Source of the DNA: Strigamia acuminata | Lineage: Eukaryota | Length of the DNA stretch: 64,000 bases | NCBI GenBank assembly: GCA_949358305.1 | Contig: OX442314.1 | Span: 1,178,001-1,242,000, forward strand | Direction of reading: 5' to 3' | Shown here: piece by piece, positions 1 through 11,643 of the stretch | Layout: each line of letters starts with the position of its first letter | How positions within the stretch are numbered: the first letter of the stretch is position 1 | Notes under the pieces: generated by a model | What the model saw: only the letters and a program-made list of their open reading frames with translations | Told to the model about the DNA's origin: nothing | Databases searched by the model: none | Made by a program: the position numbers and the translations under genes

Positions 1-17
1 CATACCCAAAGCAAGAA

Positions 18-3000
18 ATGGCAGATAATACTCGAGTAACAGACTCCGACTCAGACGTTAACAAACGAGCCGGTAGTCGCAAAGGAACCGACTATCATTT
101 GAGGTCGGGAGGTCCTTTGCCCAAAGCCTCAGCGCACGAGTCTAGGCAAAAACGCCGCAAGGCCAAGCCAGACCGACGAAGCGCTTCGGAGGCATCGCAC
201 CCGTCTCACGCCGAGACGAGGCAGCGATTAGACGAGACGGAGCGGAGTGAGGATCCGTCCCACCCCAAACCGCCGCGTCCCAGTCGTGACGGTGAGACGA
301 GCGGAAACGAGGTTTTATCCCGTAACCAATCGCCTCGCCTAACGCACGATACCGAGGTGAGCGATCCGAGAGCGACATCTTCGATACAAAGGACGGCGTC
401 CGACACGACAGCGAATTCAGCGCTAAACACGCCAATTACGCCCAGTCGACCAGCCTCGGTAATGTCTGAAGGACACAAGTCCAACTCATCCTCTGTCAAG
501 CGTGTTTCGAGCCAGCCTTACAGCGTCTCGGGCACCTTGATTGATGCGATGCAATTGGCACAGGCGGAAGGAGTGAGATACACCCTTCCGACGGGGAAAA
601 TTACCGTGTACGAAACGTTACAGATCGTACGTGCAGCTTTAAAAGCGCACAGTGTATCCCCACAAATCACCATTGTTGAAGGTGCACACGCTCAACAATT
701 GGTTGATTCCGCTCAATTTGAAGCGGATGCAGAGAACGAGGCTCGACAAGCCATTCGCGAGAGACGGAGGAAGCTGGCGGAAAGAGAAGCGCAAGCTCTC
801 GAGTACGGCAGAACCCAGCCCAATCCGACTACTCCCGAGGAGGTAGAAATAGTTGACCGAGCCCTGAGAGCACATCGATATGCTTTCCACTCGCAACAAG
901 AAGCAGAGCGAGCATTTATGGCCAGATTGCGACGAGATGACCCGAAATCCGTTCGCAAACTAGAGGTCAGTTCATCCGAGCTGTCAGACGAGAGCCTAGA
1001 GGGAGACCCAAAGCGCACGCCGAAGGCCAAACCCAAACCCCAGCCGGAGAGGGCAACACCAGCTACTCCGCGCAAGAGAGATGCGTCGGCCAGAGAACAA
1101 CAAACTCGGCCCCGCATGCAAGCTCTCGATCCAGCCACAAATAATGCGATAACGCGGTTAATCAACGCTAATAATGCTAGGCGAAATGAAGAGCAAACTC
1201 TCACAAGCCAACAGCAAGATAATCCGCAAGGGACTGAGTGGCAACAACCAGTGCCCATCCTTAAAGACGACGAGTCGTCAAGGAGACAATCGCATGATCG
1301 CACCTCTTCGCGAGAAGAAGGCAAACGCGATGAAAGACCGAAATATTTTTACTACGGAAATAGTGATTCGTCGTCAGATGGACTGGAGTCAAATGCACCC
1401 AGTCATCACGATTCGGAGAGAGGTTCCGGAGAAAGACGAAGGGAAAGAGAACGCGATGAACGCAGGGAAAGGGAACGTGGCGACCGTCGTAGGGGCCGGA
1501 AAGAGTCAAACTCTTCACGGCGCAACCCGCCACGCCGCTCACCGTCTCCCGACCCCAGCTCCGACCCCTCATCCAACGACGACAGACGAAAGGATAAATC
1601 AAGTAATCGCCGGAAGAGATCCAACTCTCCGCGCGATAGAGAGAAACGACGTCGATCGGAAAATAGCGACCACCGACGGGAGGAGTTTCAGGACCTTCCC
1701 CGACAAAGCGCGTTTACCGATTCGACGGGTCGGCAGTATACGATGGGAGAGCTTGGAAGAGCACTACTTGGCTCGTTAAAAGCCGAGGGAATCGATCTGA
1801 GCAAACGAAACGATCGTAATCGTAGCACTGGTGACCGCGTAAAGAAAAAATACGCTGTCTCCCGACGTGACACCATGAGTGTTACCGGGAATATTAGGTG
1901 GCAATTTTATATTCAGAACCGTTTCGACGGGTCATGGAAAGCGGGAGATCGCTTCCTTGACGAAGTAATTCGAATTAAGACTGCCACCAAAGCCACCGTA
2001 GGAGACATGCTCACCCACGGTATTGTCGAGCTAATGACAGGCTCGGCACGTGAGTGGTACCAAGGATTGAAAGGCGTCAATTGGGACGACTTTTTAATGA
2101 GATTCGACCTGCGCTACGGCGAGACACCCGAAGAGGTGAGCCGAAAGATGCGAGGTCTTCGCCAGATGCCTGGTGAAACCATAATGGATTACGACATTCG
2201 CGCCAGATTGTTGTTCGAAAAGGCCCCGATGGAATTTCATGCCACGGGATTCAACCTTTTCTTTCTCGGCGGTTTGTCGGAATACTCGCAACGGGTGCTA
2301 CTTGAAGAAAGGGCACCGACAGGAGGCAGCTACGAAGAAATGAGCGCCTTCCTGTTCGAGAACACGATAGATATCGAGAAGAGATATTATTCCGCTTTAC
2401 CAGAAGCGGAGAAAGCAGCGACCGCAAAACGTCTCAAGTTGAGCGCGGAAAGATATGGGGCGACAGATAAGATTATGCGCCCTACTGAATATCTTAGCGG
2501 TATAATGGAGCTGGCAGAAGCTAGCGTTGGTTTACAAATAAAAAATAAACTGACATCCACGCTGCCTTCCAACCCTTTGGCCGCCCCTAAAAAGGCACCG
2601 ACAGCGTCAGCCATGCAAGCGACACTGGAGGAGGTCAAGGAGGGGGAGGAAGCCGGACAAGATGCCGGAAAATCAGACGAAAAAGAAGAAAAAGACGATT
2701 ATTCGACGGACGAAGAAATACGAAGCTATCGCGATACCTTATCAACGGGTTGCGATGAGGAAGGACCGCTAGTACATCTCATCCATCGAGATAGAGCGGT
2801 AGAAGAATTTCGCGCCAGGTTAAAACCAAATGCCGGCCGAATTCCGAAGTATTTTCGAAAAAATTACACGCCACCATCGAAAGCAGACCCTGAAAAGAAA
2901 AAATCGACTGAAGCCCCAAGAGACAAATCAAATATTCGCTGTTTCAAGTGTAACCAACCGGGCCACTACTCCAATGAGTGCCCAAGAACAGCGAAAGAAG

Positions 3001-3101
3001 ACGCTAAGTTTGACGCGATAATGAAGCAGATGGCAGAGATTAAACTCGCCATGGCAAAAAACGAGTCAAAAAACGAGTCAGCGCAGGCGGCGAAGAAATA
3101 A
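18..3101 (+). CDS. gag: Gag of Gypsy 1 (1027 aa; long disordered N-terminus, capsid-like region, CCHC knuckle)
   Basis: CFKCNQPGHYSNEC knuckle; retrotrans-gag-like AREWY...WDDFLMRF...LRQMPGET. Confidence 0.92.
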   Translation: MADNTRVTDSDSDVNKRAGSRKGTDYHLRSGGPLPKASAHESRQKRRKAKPDRRSASEASHPSHAETRQRLDETERSEDPSHPKPPRPSRDGETSGNEVLSRNQSPRLTHDTEVSDPRATSSIQRTASDTTANSALNTPITPSRPASVMSEGHKSNSSSVKRVSSQPYSVSGTLIDAMQLAQAEGVRYTLPTGKITVYETLQIVRAALKAHSVSPQITIVEGAHAQQLVDSAQFEADAENEARQAIRERRRKLAEREAQALEYGRTQPNPTTPEEVEIVDRALRAHRYAFHSQQEAERAFMARLRRDDPKSVRKLEVSSSELSDESLEGDPKRTPKAKPKPQPERATPATPRKRDASAREQQTRPRMQALDPATNNAITRLINANNARRNEEQTLTSQQQDNPQGTEWQQPVPILKDDESSRRQSHDRTSSREEGKRDERPKYFYYGNSDSSSDGLESNAPSHHDSERGSGERRRERERDERRERERGDRRRGRKESNSSRRNPPRRSPSPDPSSDPSSNDDRRKDKSSNRRKRSNSPRDREKRRRSENSDHRREEFQDLPRQSAFTDSTGRQYTMGELGRALLGSLKAEGIDLSKRNDRNRSTGDRVKKKYAVSRRDTMSVTGNIRWQFYIQNRFDGSWKAGDRFLDEVIRIKTATKATVGDMLTHGIVELMTGSAREWYQGLKGVNWDDFLMRFDLRYGETPEEVSRKMRGLRQMPGETIMDYDIRARLLFEKAPMEFHATGFNLFFLGGLSEYSQRVLLEERAPTGGSYEEMSAFLFENTIDIEKRYYSALPEAEKAATAKRLKLSAERYGATDKIMRPTEYLSGIMELAEASVGLQIKNKLTSTLPSNPLAAPKKAPTASAMQATLEEVKEGEEAGQDAGKSDEKEEKDDYSTDEEIRSYRDTLSTGCDEEGPLVHLIHRDRAVEEFRARLKPNAGRIPKYFRKNYTPPSKADPEKKKSTEAPRDKSNIRCFKCNQPGHYSNECPRTAKEDAKFDAIMKQMAEIKLAMAKNESKNESAQAAKK

Positions 3102-3119
3102 TTTCTCGACCGTCTGCGC
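3056..3119 (+). promoter_or_regulatory. -1 ribosomal frameshift signal (two A_AAA_AAC heptamers plus hairpin)
   Basis: Heptamers at 3056-3062 and 3068-3074 in the gag frame; stem GCGCAGGCGG...CCGTCTGCGC at 3081-3119; pol is in the -1 frame and open through this site. Confidence 0.8.
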
Positions 3120-3124
3120 CATTC

Positions 3125-6100
3125 ATGAAGAAAAAGGGGTTTAACAAAGGGTTCGATAAGCCGCCACCAGTCAAAGAAATGGGTAGTGACATAGCTAACG
3201 CCCAAATTCAAGACAGGGCCAACAACGCTTTGCAGGTAATTACCGCAAACGCTGAGGCTGAGGCGGAAGAACCGAACCTACTGCTTGAAGAATTACCTCA
3301 AGTAGTCGAAGACACAGAAGAATTTCGTGTTTTCATGTGCAACGTGGCGGTCGAATACACCAACCGCCTATGCATGTTGCCCATGACAATAGAACGTGAA
3401 AAAATTATGGGACTGCTAGACTCGGGAGCAGATCGCTCGTTCGTTTTCGAAGACATAGTAGCATCATTGGGTCTCACCGATAAGATAAAAGGCATTAATA
3501 AAAATATACGTCTAAAAACCGCCAACGGAATGGCACGTCCAAAAGGAGTTATATTATTGACCATGGAGTGGCTCGGAGGGGTAGAACAGCACCCTTTCCT
3601 GGTCCTGCCCACATGCGACAGAATTTTTCTGTTGGGCTTAGACCTCATGGCGTCAATGGAAATACAACCAAATCCAATAACGAAATCTTGGAATTATATC
3701 AGAAATGATAAGGAAAGACCCGCAATTGTCGTGCCACCAGCTCTTGTAAAAGAAGCGGCCGACAAGACACAGTGGGAAAAAGGCCTAAAGAAATTCGTTC
3801 AAGACTACGATTTTAAAGCATTCGTAACAGAATTGCAACGGGACAATGTAGTGGAAACGCTTGTCGCCGACGCCGCTTTAGAATTAAACGAAGCGGCAGC
3901 CCTACGAAGGGTCCTACTTAAATATGAGGGGATCCTGTCGAAAAAACCGGGCCGAACGAATAGGGCTATTCACGAAATTAAATTGACGGATAATAAACCT
4001 ATACGAGTTGCGTATAAGGGAATGAACCCGCAAAAACGTGAAATAGTGCAAAAAATGTGCCAAGAAATGCTAGACAGTGGCATTGTCTCCGAGGCCCAGG
4101 GAGAATACGCGACGCGAGTTGTGCTCGTGATGCGCCCGGGCTCGGACCCACGCCTATGCATTGATTACCGCCCATTAAACGCGGTGACAGAGATAGATCC
4201 CATACAGATGCCGTCTATCGAATCCATTTTGAGAGAGCTTAGCCCCTTTTCTTGGGTTACGACGATGGATCTGTCGAAGGGATACTGGCAAGTTGAGATG
4301 AGGCCAGAGGATAAGTTAAAAACAGCATTTTACTCGCCAATTGGACGGTTGATGTTCAACGTCATGCCATTTGGTTTAGTGAACGCTCCCAGTACCTTTC
4401 AGAGACTAATCGAAAGCGTATTGGGTGATATCCTGCATCAGTTTGTGTGGGCATACCTAGATGACATAGTTATTGCCTCCAAAACATTCGAAGAGCACAT
4501 TGAGCACATCGACCAAGTGCTCACCCGGCTGGCAAAAGCTGGGTTACACGTGCACCCGGGTAAGAGCAAGTTCTGTCGAAAGGAGCTTGCCTTCCTGGGT
4601 TATCGCATTGGAGTCAATGGTTTAGCTATTGGCCCCGAAAAGATCGATGCGATTAATCGTTTCCCACCACCCGAGGACGTTAAAGGTGTCCAACGGTTTA
4701 TGGGAATGATAAACTTCTTCGGCAGGTTGCTACCGGGTCTAGCTGAAGTGGCAGCCCCAGTTACCGACCTCCTGAAGAATGAAAACGAATTTGTATGGTC
4801 AAGTGAGTGCAACATCGCATTTAATGCGATAAAGAGGATGCTGACGGAAGTCGGCGTAATGCCTCTACCCGACCTAAACCGGCCGTTCATATTACATACG
4901 GACGCCAGCAGAGTTGGGTTGGGAGCCGCGTTGCTTCAAACACACGTGCGCGACGGAGTCGAACAAGACCTGCCGTGCATGTTTATAAGTCGCAAACTCC
5001 AAGGCGCTGAAAAAAATTACAATGCCACAGAGTTGGAGTGATTGGCCGTTGTGTGGGCCATAAGGAAATTCAGAGATTAGTGAGTTTGCGGTTGCCAATT
5101 GTTCCTTATAATTATGAGTTACAAGCTCATAATTATAATTGTAATTCCTTCTTGAAATAGGCACTTGCGGTACAATAAATATTTTATAAATTATACTTAT
5201 AAATACCATGTGAACAGTACAAATCTCTTGCATGTAATGGTAGAACAAATCCATATGCAAAAGAAAATGAAAATCTGTAGTTTTACTAATTTGACAGTTT
5301 TCAGACATGAAATTGTCTTCCAGTTCATTTATTTGCTTACCTGGAATGATTTTAGTTGTTTCTATCCTTCGATGGCAGAAAGAAATTGTGATTGAGGCTG
5401 ATTGTTGAAACAGGTCAGGCAGCCATTTTGAATTTCTATTAGCACCATCAGCGCCATTTGCAATAGTGGGAGGAGCTTAAAATAGTGTTAAGCGATCTGA
5501 TTGGCTCCCTTATTTTACAAAATAGTGTAAAAATTGAGGAGTTACGTTATGTTATAAGTCCAATTTTATAATTATGAGCTTGTAACTCATAATTATAAGG
5601 AACAATTGGCAACCGCAAACTCACTATTATCTCGAATATACCAAATTTGTGGTCCACACAGATCATCAAGCGTTACAATGGCTGATGAAATTAAAGGAGC
5701 CAGCCGGTCGACTAGCCAGATGGCAGTTAGAACTGATGGCATGCGACTTGACCATTCAATACAAGCCCGGCAAATATAACGTCGTGGCTGACGCTCTGTC
5801 ACGGGCACCAGTGTCAGATCCAATCGACGCTGACGATGATGGCGAGGATGACTCCCGCATCATTTATTGCCCTACGAGTTGTCACCGTTGGGATTTAAGG
5901 AAAATGAATGAAATTCCCACCGCGTCTCCGGCAGACGTAAAATTCTGTGGATTCTGGACGCGATTATACCAACCAGCTGCTGACAATTACCCAAATGCAA
6001 AGAAGGAATTTAAGCTAGAGCGGAGAATAAATGACCCGCTTCTAAGCGCCTTCCACGCTCGTGTCGGCAAGCAAATGAAAAGCAATCCCCCAACAAGGGA

Positions 6101-9100
6101 GGAAATAATTGTGCAACAAAAATTAGACAAAAAATGTCAGGACAGAGCTAGATTCGTACTGACAGGAAAATATCCGCCCAACTTAACCAGAAGGCAGAAG
6201 CGTCGTTATGCACACGAATCCATAGATTACCTATTGGATGACGGCCTTTTGGTGAAACATCACCCAAATCACCAAGATGACTTGAGTGAATCGGACACCG
6301 CAGTAAAGGTAGTAATACCTGCTTCCTTAATCGGTCGCGTGCTGTGGTTGTTACACGGGCACCCGCTTGCGAGCCATGCGGGAGTAAGCAGAACACTCTA
6401 TCGTGCTACACAGCTTTTTCACTGGACAGGGATGAAAAAAGATATTGCTCTTTTTGTCCACCAATGTCAGCGATGTCAAGCGTGCAAGCCGAAGAGTAAA
6501 TCACCATTCGAAACTATTTTCTTAGGGCCTTACGCGCCTTTTGATTGTTTAAGTGTCGATGTGATGGGCCCAAAACCCGTTACGGGAAATAAAAATGCGT
6601 ACATTATCGTAATAATGGACGTGGCGACTCGTTGGCCCGAGTTGTACGCCGTCGCTAGACCTTCAGCAGAGAAAATCGTTGAATGTATCTACGACGTGGC
6701 GTTACGTTACAAAATTCCACGTAAAATAATATCCGATAACGGACCCCAATTTATCTCGAAAATTTGGGGTAAGTTTTGTAAAAAATTCGGGATTGTGGCG
6801 TCACATACTTCGACCTACAATCCTAGAACAAATCCCGTTGAGCGACTCAACAGGGATATCAAATATGCATTAAGTATATTCACTGACATCCACAATAGGT
6901 GGGATGAATACTTGAGGGAGATCGCGTTCAGCATACGAACAACAGTCTCGAGGACGAGAGATTTTTCTCCGGCCTACCTCAACTTCGCCCGAGAGCTACG
7001 AGTGCCTTGGGACCCACGAGTGGCAGAGTCGGTAAATGTGGTGGACCCAGAGAAACCACATGAGTATGTGTATAAATTGGAGCAAACAATTTCGAGCACA
7101 TACAAACATATGATGGCGCACATTTTTAACATGCGCGACCGCATTTTACAAGATAAAAGCGGTGGAAAATTCGTGAATTTCGAGATCAATGATTTGGTGT
7201 GGAAAGATGCACACACCCTCTCAAATGCAGCGAGAGGAATCACCGCCAGCTTGGCCGACAGGAGAGATGGTCCGTATGTGATCATCGACAAGCATGGCGA
7301 TAACGCGTATAAACTACGTAAGCTCGAGGACAATACCGAGCATAAGTCGATACAAGTACGAGAGTTAACTCCGTACATTCCGGAATTCCCGCAAGAACTG
7401 TGGGCCAAGGGCCAAGTCAAGTCTAAAACTGACGGCCAAATCGTCGATATGTTCGCTGGCGAGTCGGAAAAAGCACCGCCAAGTGACAACGAGGAGTATT
7501 TCGACGCCCCTTCACCTCTGGTAAACGAGATAGTTGAATCCGTTCCGGATCCAATTTTGGTCGGGGGGGAAACAGGAGAAACTCCTGAAACAAACACAAA
7601 AAACACGGATAAAAAAGAAAGCAATAATGAGGAGGTACAGACACAAAAAACAACAAAAAATATCGTACCCGTCTCAGCACATCACCTGCGGCCTCGTAGA
7701 AGTAATCCGTTTATAAAAGACGGAAAGGTGTGCAAGGAAGTTTGGATGTCTGGCGACGAAGAGCGAGTCTCTCGTCCCAGCGCTTCTAGACGTCCGCTGA
7801 CTCATCGCGAGCAGCGGAAAAGAGATCGCAAGGAGCGATACTTCGCGAGGTGCGAAGCTCGGGGCCGTCCCATCCCCGAACCCGCCTACATCTCCAAAAG
7901 AGCGGGTCGACGAAGTGGTAGCCAGTCAGGTGAGCGAAACGTCCCAGCGGCAGATACGCGGGACCTTCGCGAGATTCTGACTCAGATGAAGCGGACGAAA
8001 CTGACACGTTTCGATCCCGCAATGAAACACGCCAGGAAGATGGGTGTTGTCACCGACGGAATGGTGACCCCACACGAGGTGGCAAGGTGGCTCGCAGACT
8101 ACATAAATTCGCGACCGCGACCCGATGGCATGCCAACCGCCATCGTACAGCCCTCAGGCTCCGGACAACATCTCCCGGCGCCCCAAGTCGCAATGACTGG
8201 GGTGCAGACGACGGAGACGCCACCGCCGCCGACGCAGCCACCACCACCGCTGCCGACGCCAACGCTGCCGACCAAGACGCAGCCGCCTCCGAACCTGCCG
8301 CCGCCGTCGTTGCTGAATTCGAGCGATCCGCCGGATTTACCCACCGACCGCTCAGTCCTTCTCCCCGTTGGACAGAGCATTATGCAGGAATGTCGAGCCA
8401 ACTTGACCGACATTTACAGACCGAGCCGACCCCGACCCGGTTCCTCGGCCCTGTTCTTCGAGAGGCGAGACGAAGAAGCGCGACTCGCGAGAGAAGCCGC
8501 CAACCCGACTATCTCCGAGCTCTCAGCGTTTCGTTTCGTGATGGAAGACCCAAGAGTCTCCGCGCCCGCCTTGCGAGGTGTGGATCAAACACAGCGATAT
8601 TTTATCGAATGGGCAACCGCGATGATGAGTAAGCTCTCGCGTGCCTTCACTGCGGATTCAGAGCGATCGAATCCAGTGAATCGTCGCAGCCTACAGCTAT
8701 CATTGACCAAGGTCATGATGCAGCTGCTAACCCCAGCACTCTTCGGAGAAGGGCGTCAGGCGATGGCCGCATGGTCTGTCGTGGACAGAGAGGGTGTACA
8801 GGTTCCCCGTGCACTCCTCGCAGAGTGGAGCTCCATTCTGCCCGACCCTGTGTTGACTCGCTACGAGCTAACCAGGGATGTGGTAAACCCAGAATTTGAA
8901 GGGTACAAGTTGCGAAGCACGGCATTTCGTTACACCTCCGCCACCTGGACAGCGGCGCCTACCCAACAACTGTGCGCCTTGACCATCCAGACGGAGGAAT
9001 CGGCAGAGGATGTAGACATGGTGATCTCGCCGACGAGCGGAGTTCCGATTCCGCCACCGATGCCTGCGGAGATATCCCCGCAAGGACCCGCCCTATTCGA

Positions 9101-9719
9101 AGTGGCGGGTAAACCAAAGCGCTTGCTGTGCCGAACGCCACCCGTCAGGTCCGTCGAGCAAACGAAGCCGACACCGCCCGGGACCCCGCCGGCCCGAGCG
9201 GCGACAACAACGCAAGCAGTGATTCCCGCGGCCACCCAAAAGCCGAAGCCGGCACCGCCTCCACCAGACTATTATGGGCGAATCATCGACGAGTTTCCCC
9301 ATCTTTCGATGACGACGGCGACCAGGAGGTTTATCCTCGCGCAGCGGGACAAAGGCAAATCAGTCTTTATCTGGCTTCACAACCAGATACGGAAGACTAA
9401 AGACCTCATCTTCCACCAGAGGTTGCTGAGAGCCCACCGTGCGCCAGTGACGCCAGCGGAAGCCAATGCCATCCGGCATACGAACACCGGCTTCTCCGCC
9501 TACATCCCGAGCGTTTGGTTACACGAGAGGACGCGTGCCCCGCATGAGCCAGTTGACGGCCATGCATTATGTTTCATTACGGAGCATGAGGACCCCCGTG
9601 ATCGGTCCTCGGCGCTAGTAGGCGATCTACCCGCGCCACCCGGCACTCAACCGCCTGTCCCTGGAGTGAGTTACGCCCAGGTGACGGACTCAGTGTCGGG
9701 TCCCCCAGAAAAGAAGTAA
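3125..9719 (+). pseudogene. pol: pol of Gypsy 1 (PR, RT, RNase H, IN) with an in-frame ~650-aa C-terminal extension; disrupted by TGA at 5039-5041 and a MITE at 5079-5625
   Basis: LLDSGA, YLDD, HTDAS, ELE*LAVVWA; removing the MITE restores KFRDYLEYTKFVVHTDHQ; HHCC, SDNGPQF and GPY motifs. Confidence 0.9.
5079..5625. mobile_element. MITE, internal-deletion derivative of the PIF/Harbinger-superfamily element at 51688-55091
   Basis: ~60-bp TIRs AGTGAGTTTGCGGTTGCCAATT...; ATT TSD at 5076-5078 and 5626-5628; interior matches the left ~130 bp and the right-end region of the long element. Confidence 0.93.
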
Positions 9720-9755
9720 TCGCTCAGCCCCACGGTCTGAGCTCGGAGGGGGAGG

Positions 9756-10769
9756 TGTTGTGACCCGACTGGACCGGGGTCAACGAAGAGTTTCTCTCGT
9801 GACCTCGTTTCGGGTGTAAGGGGAGCCGCAAGCGCGTCTCCCTTCCCTCAGTGCATTGACATCTAGTCAATGGACAGGCGTCTGCCCTGAGGGAGTGGGG
9901 ATGGCTCGTCCACCCCACCATTGGGTGATTCCGGTCACCTGTCAACCCCGCTTTGTGCAAAGGAATGTGCCTTGCACTGAGCGGGCAGAACCAACACAAC
10001 CATCAAACGAGAAACACACGTAAACCCGTCGTCCTACAAGATCAGGCCCAAGTAAATATACTGGGATTGACCAAGGACAAAGGACAATTTACCGTGAGTA
10101 CGTTTGGTCAGTGTCAAACTCCGCAGAGTAACCTGCGAGATCAGATTACCACACTATTTTAGCACTCCAGCTAGAAATAGTAAAAACCACTCCAGTTTAG
10201 CGAGTTGTGCAGACAAACGGTCGCACAAGCCTAAACTGCAGTAAACCAACGACGAGTGTTCCCGCCGCTGTGTGACCGCCAGGAGCCAGAAGAGTCCGCC
10301 GCTGTGTGATCGCCGGACACCACACAAAAACCTAGACAACAGACTGAAGTAAGCCTTTTAACTAAGCATTCACTCGCGCCTGACCAGCGTGAGCCCGAAG
10401 GACCAGCCAGAGACGAGTCGAGGACGCCATATTGCCACGCCGGCCCAAGACGACACCACGTTGCCACAACGAGGACGCCATCTTGGACGCAAACGAGACA
10501 AAGGACGACCTCGCCGATTCCAGCCAGCTTTCATCTTACCTTTACCTTTCCATTCCCATCCCCCATTCCGATTTACCTTTTTCTTACCTTTCATATATAT
10601 ATATAAGATATATCTGTACATTGTCCCACAGAATAAATCTATATTATATTTTACCTTTTATATCTGTGTAATCATTTCTTTGGGTAAACCGCTCGAACAA
10701 AGCGGTAGTGAGTTAGTCGAATTAAGTAATCAACCCACGAGTCAGCAAGAGCGAAGTAGGGGCGCGACA
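9756..10769 (+). repeat. 3' LTR of Gypsy 1 (~1014 bp)
   Basis: Starts TGTTG directly after the PPT, ends GCGACA, AATAAA near 10632; partner LTR is not in the window. Confidence 0.7.
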
Positions 10770-10960
10770 AAGTCAACTTGAGTTTGGAGCTCTTTCCGGA
10801 GGCTGATCCCGAATACCTGCGATCTTTTGTCGAGCATTAGTCGATTACATCATGGCGGTCTAGTGGTCTGGTGGTCTGGTGGTTGGCGAAATCGCTCGTA
10901 TCCCAGGTTGGCCGAAGCCCAAAAGGCGGCGACTAAAAGGAATTTATAGAAAGGTTTTAT
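10770..10960 (+). pseudogene. Decayed duplicate of the exon-2 3' end of the RNF216-like gene
   Basis: Matches ~12462-12650 (GAGCTCTTTCCGGA.GCTGATCCCGAATACCTGCG; TCGTATCCCA.GTTGGCCGAAGC.CAAAAGGCGGCG) with indels and stops. Confidence 0.8.
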
Positions 10961-11272
10961 AGTTATTTGCTTTATTTTGATTGTTTTATGTGTTTTTCAG
11001 TATCAGGTGCATTCATTAACGCATAAACGGTCGTTTAAACACTTTAAAAGAGGTTTTGAACGAGATTTTCGGTTATTATTATTATTATTTGAGTCAGATC
11101 GACGCCACTACGATGTAAGGTGAGCAATTTTGTACCAGTTATTTTTTGTTTACGACTAAAGAAGAAGAAGAATGATACTTACGTGTATAGTTAGGCCTGG
11201 AAACAAAAATAAAAGCGAGGGCGAGGAAACAATGCAGGTCGCTTATTCTCAAAATCCGTGAAATCGTTCCAC

Positions 11273-11273
<1 letters not shown>

Positions 11274-11303
<30 letters not shown>
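11274..11303. repeat. (AAT)n microsatellite
   Basis: About 10 AAT units read directly. Confidence 0.9.
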
Positions 11304-11305
<2 letters not shown>

Positions 11306-11643
11306 ATATAATAACAATAATATTGCAACTAAAATAATCAAAAAGGATGAGAACGATATAGAACGACGGTCATCTCACAACTTTTGGCTCACATTTCCAA
11401 ATCTAGGCCTGAAAGCCTATTCCGGGTTCTTCTTGCAACAAATGTTTTTTTGACTTATTTGACTTTTCGACCACTCTGTTTTAATTGACAGCTCGAACTG
11501 ATCGTATCAATTTTCCAGGTGAACATTCGAATAATTCGTGCAAAACCCGTTCTAACTTTCCGTTTCATTTCGATCACAGAGTGGAACAGTTATGGATATC
11601 AGCAGAAAAGCACACTGATTTCTTAATTTAAGAAAGAAAAACG

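Larger units (their letters stand above)
1..10769 (+). mobile_element. Ty3/Gypsy LTR retrotransposon 1 (5' end outside the window; pol inactivated)
   Basis: gag, then PR-RT-RH-IN order; PPT GGAGGGGGAGG at 9745-9755 followed by a TGT...ACA segment; host-like sequence resumes at 10770. Confidence 0.93.

Noticed and set aside
5039..5041. TGA in Gypsy 1 pol as programmed readthrough or selenocysteine
   Set aside because: It replaces the Cys of ECLAVVWA (intact in Gypsy 2) by one base change in a copy also broken by a MITE
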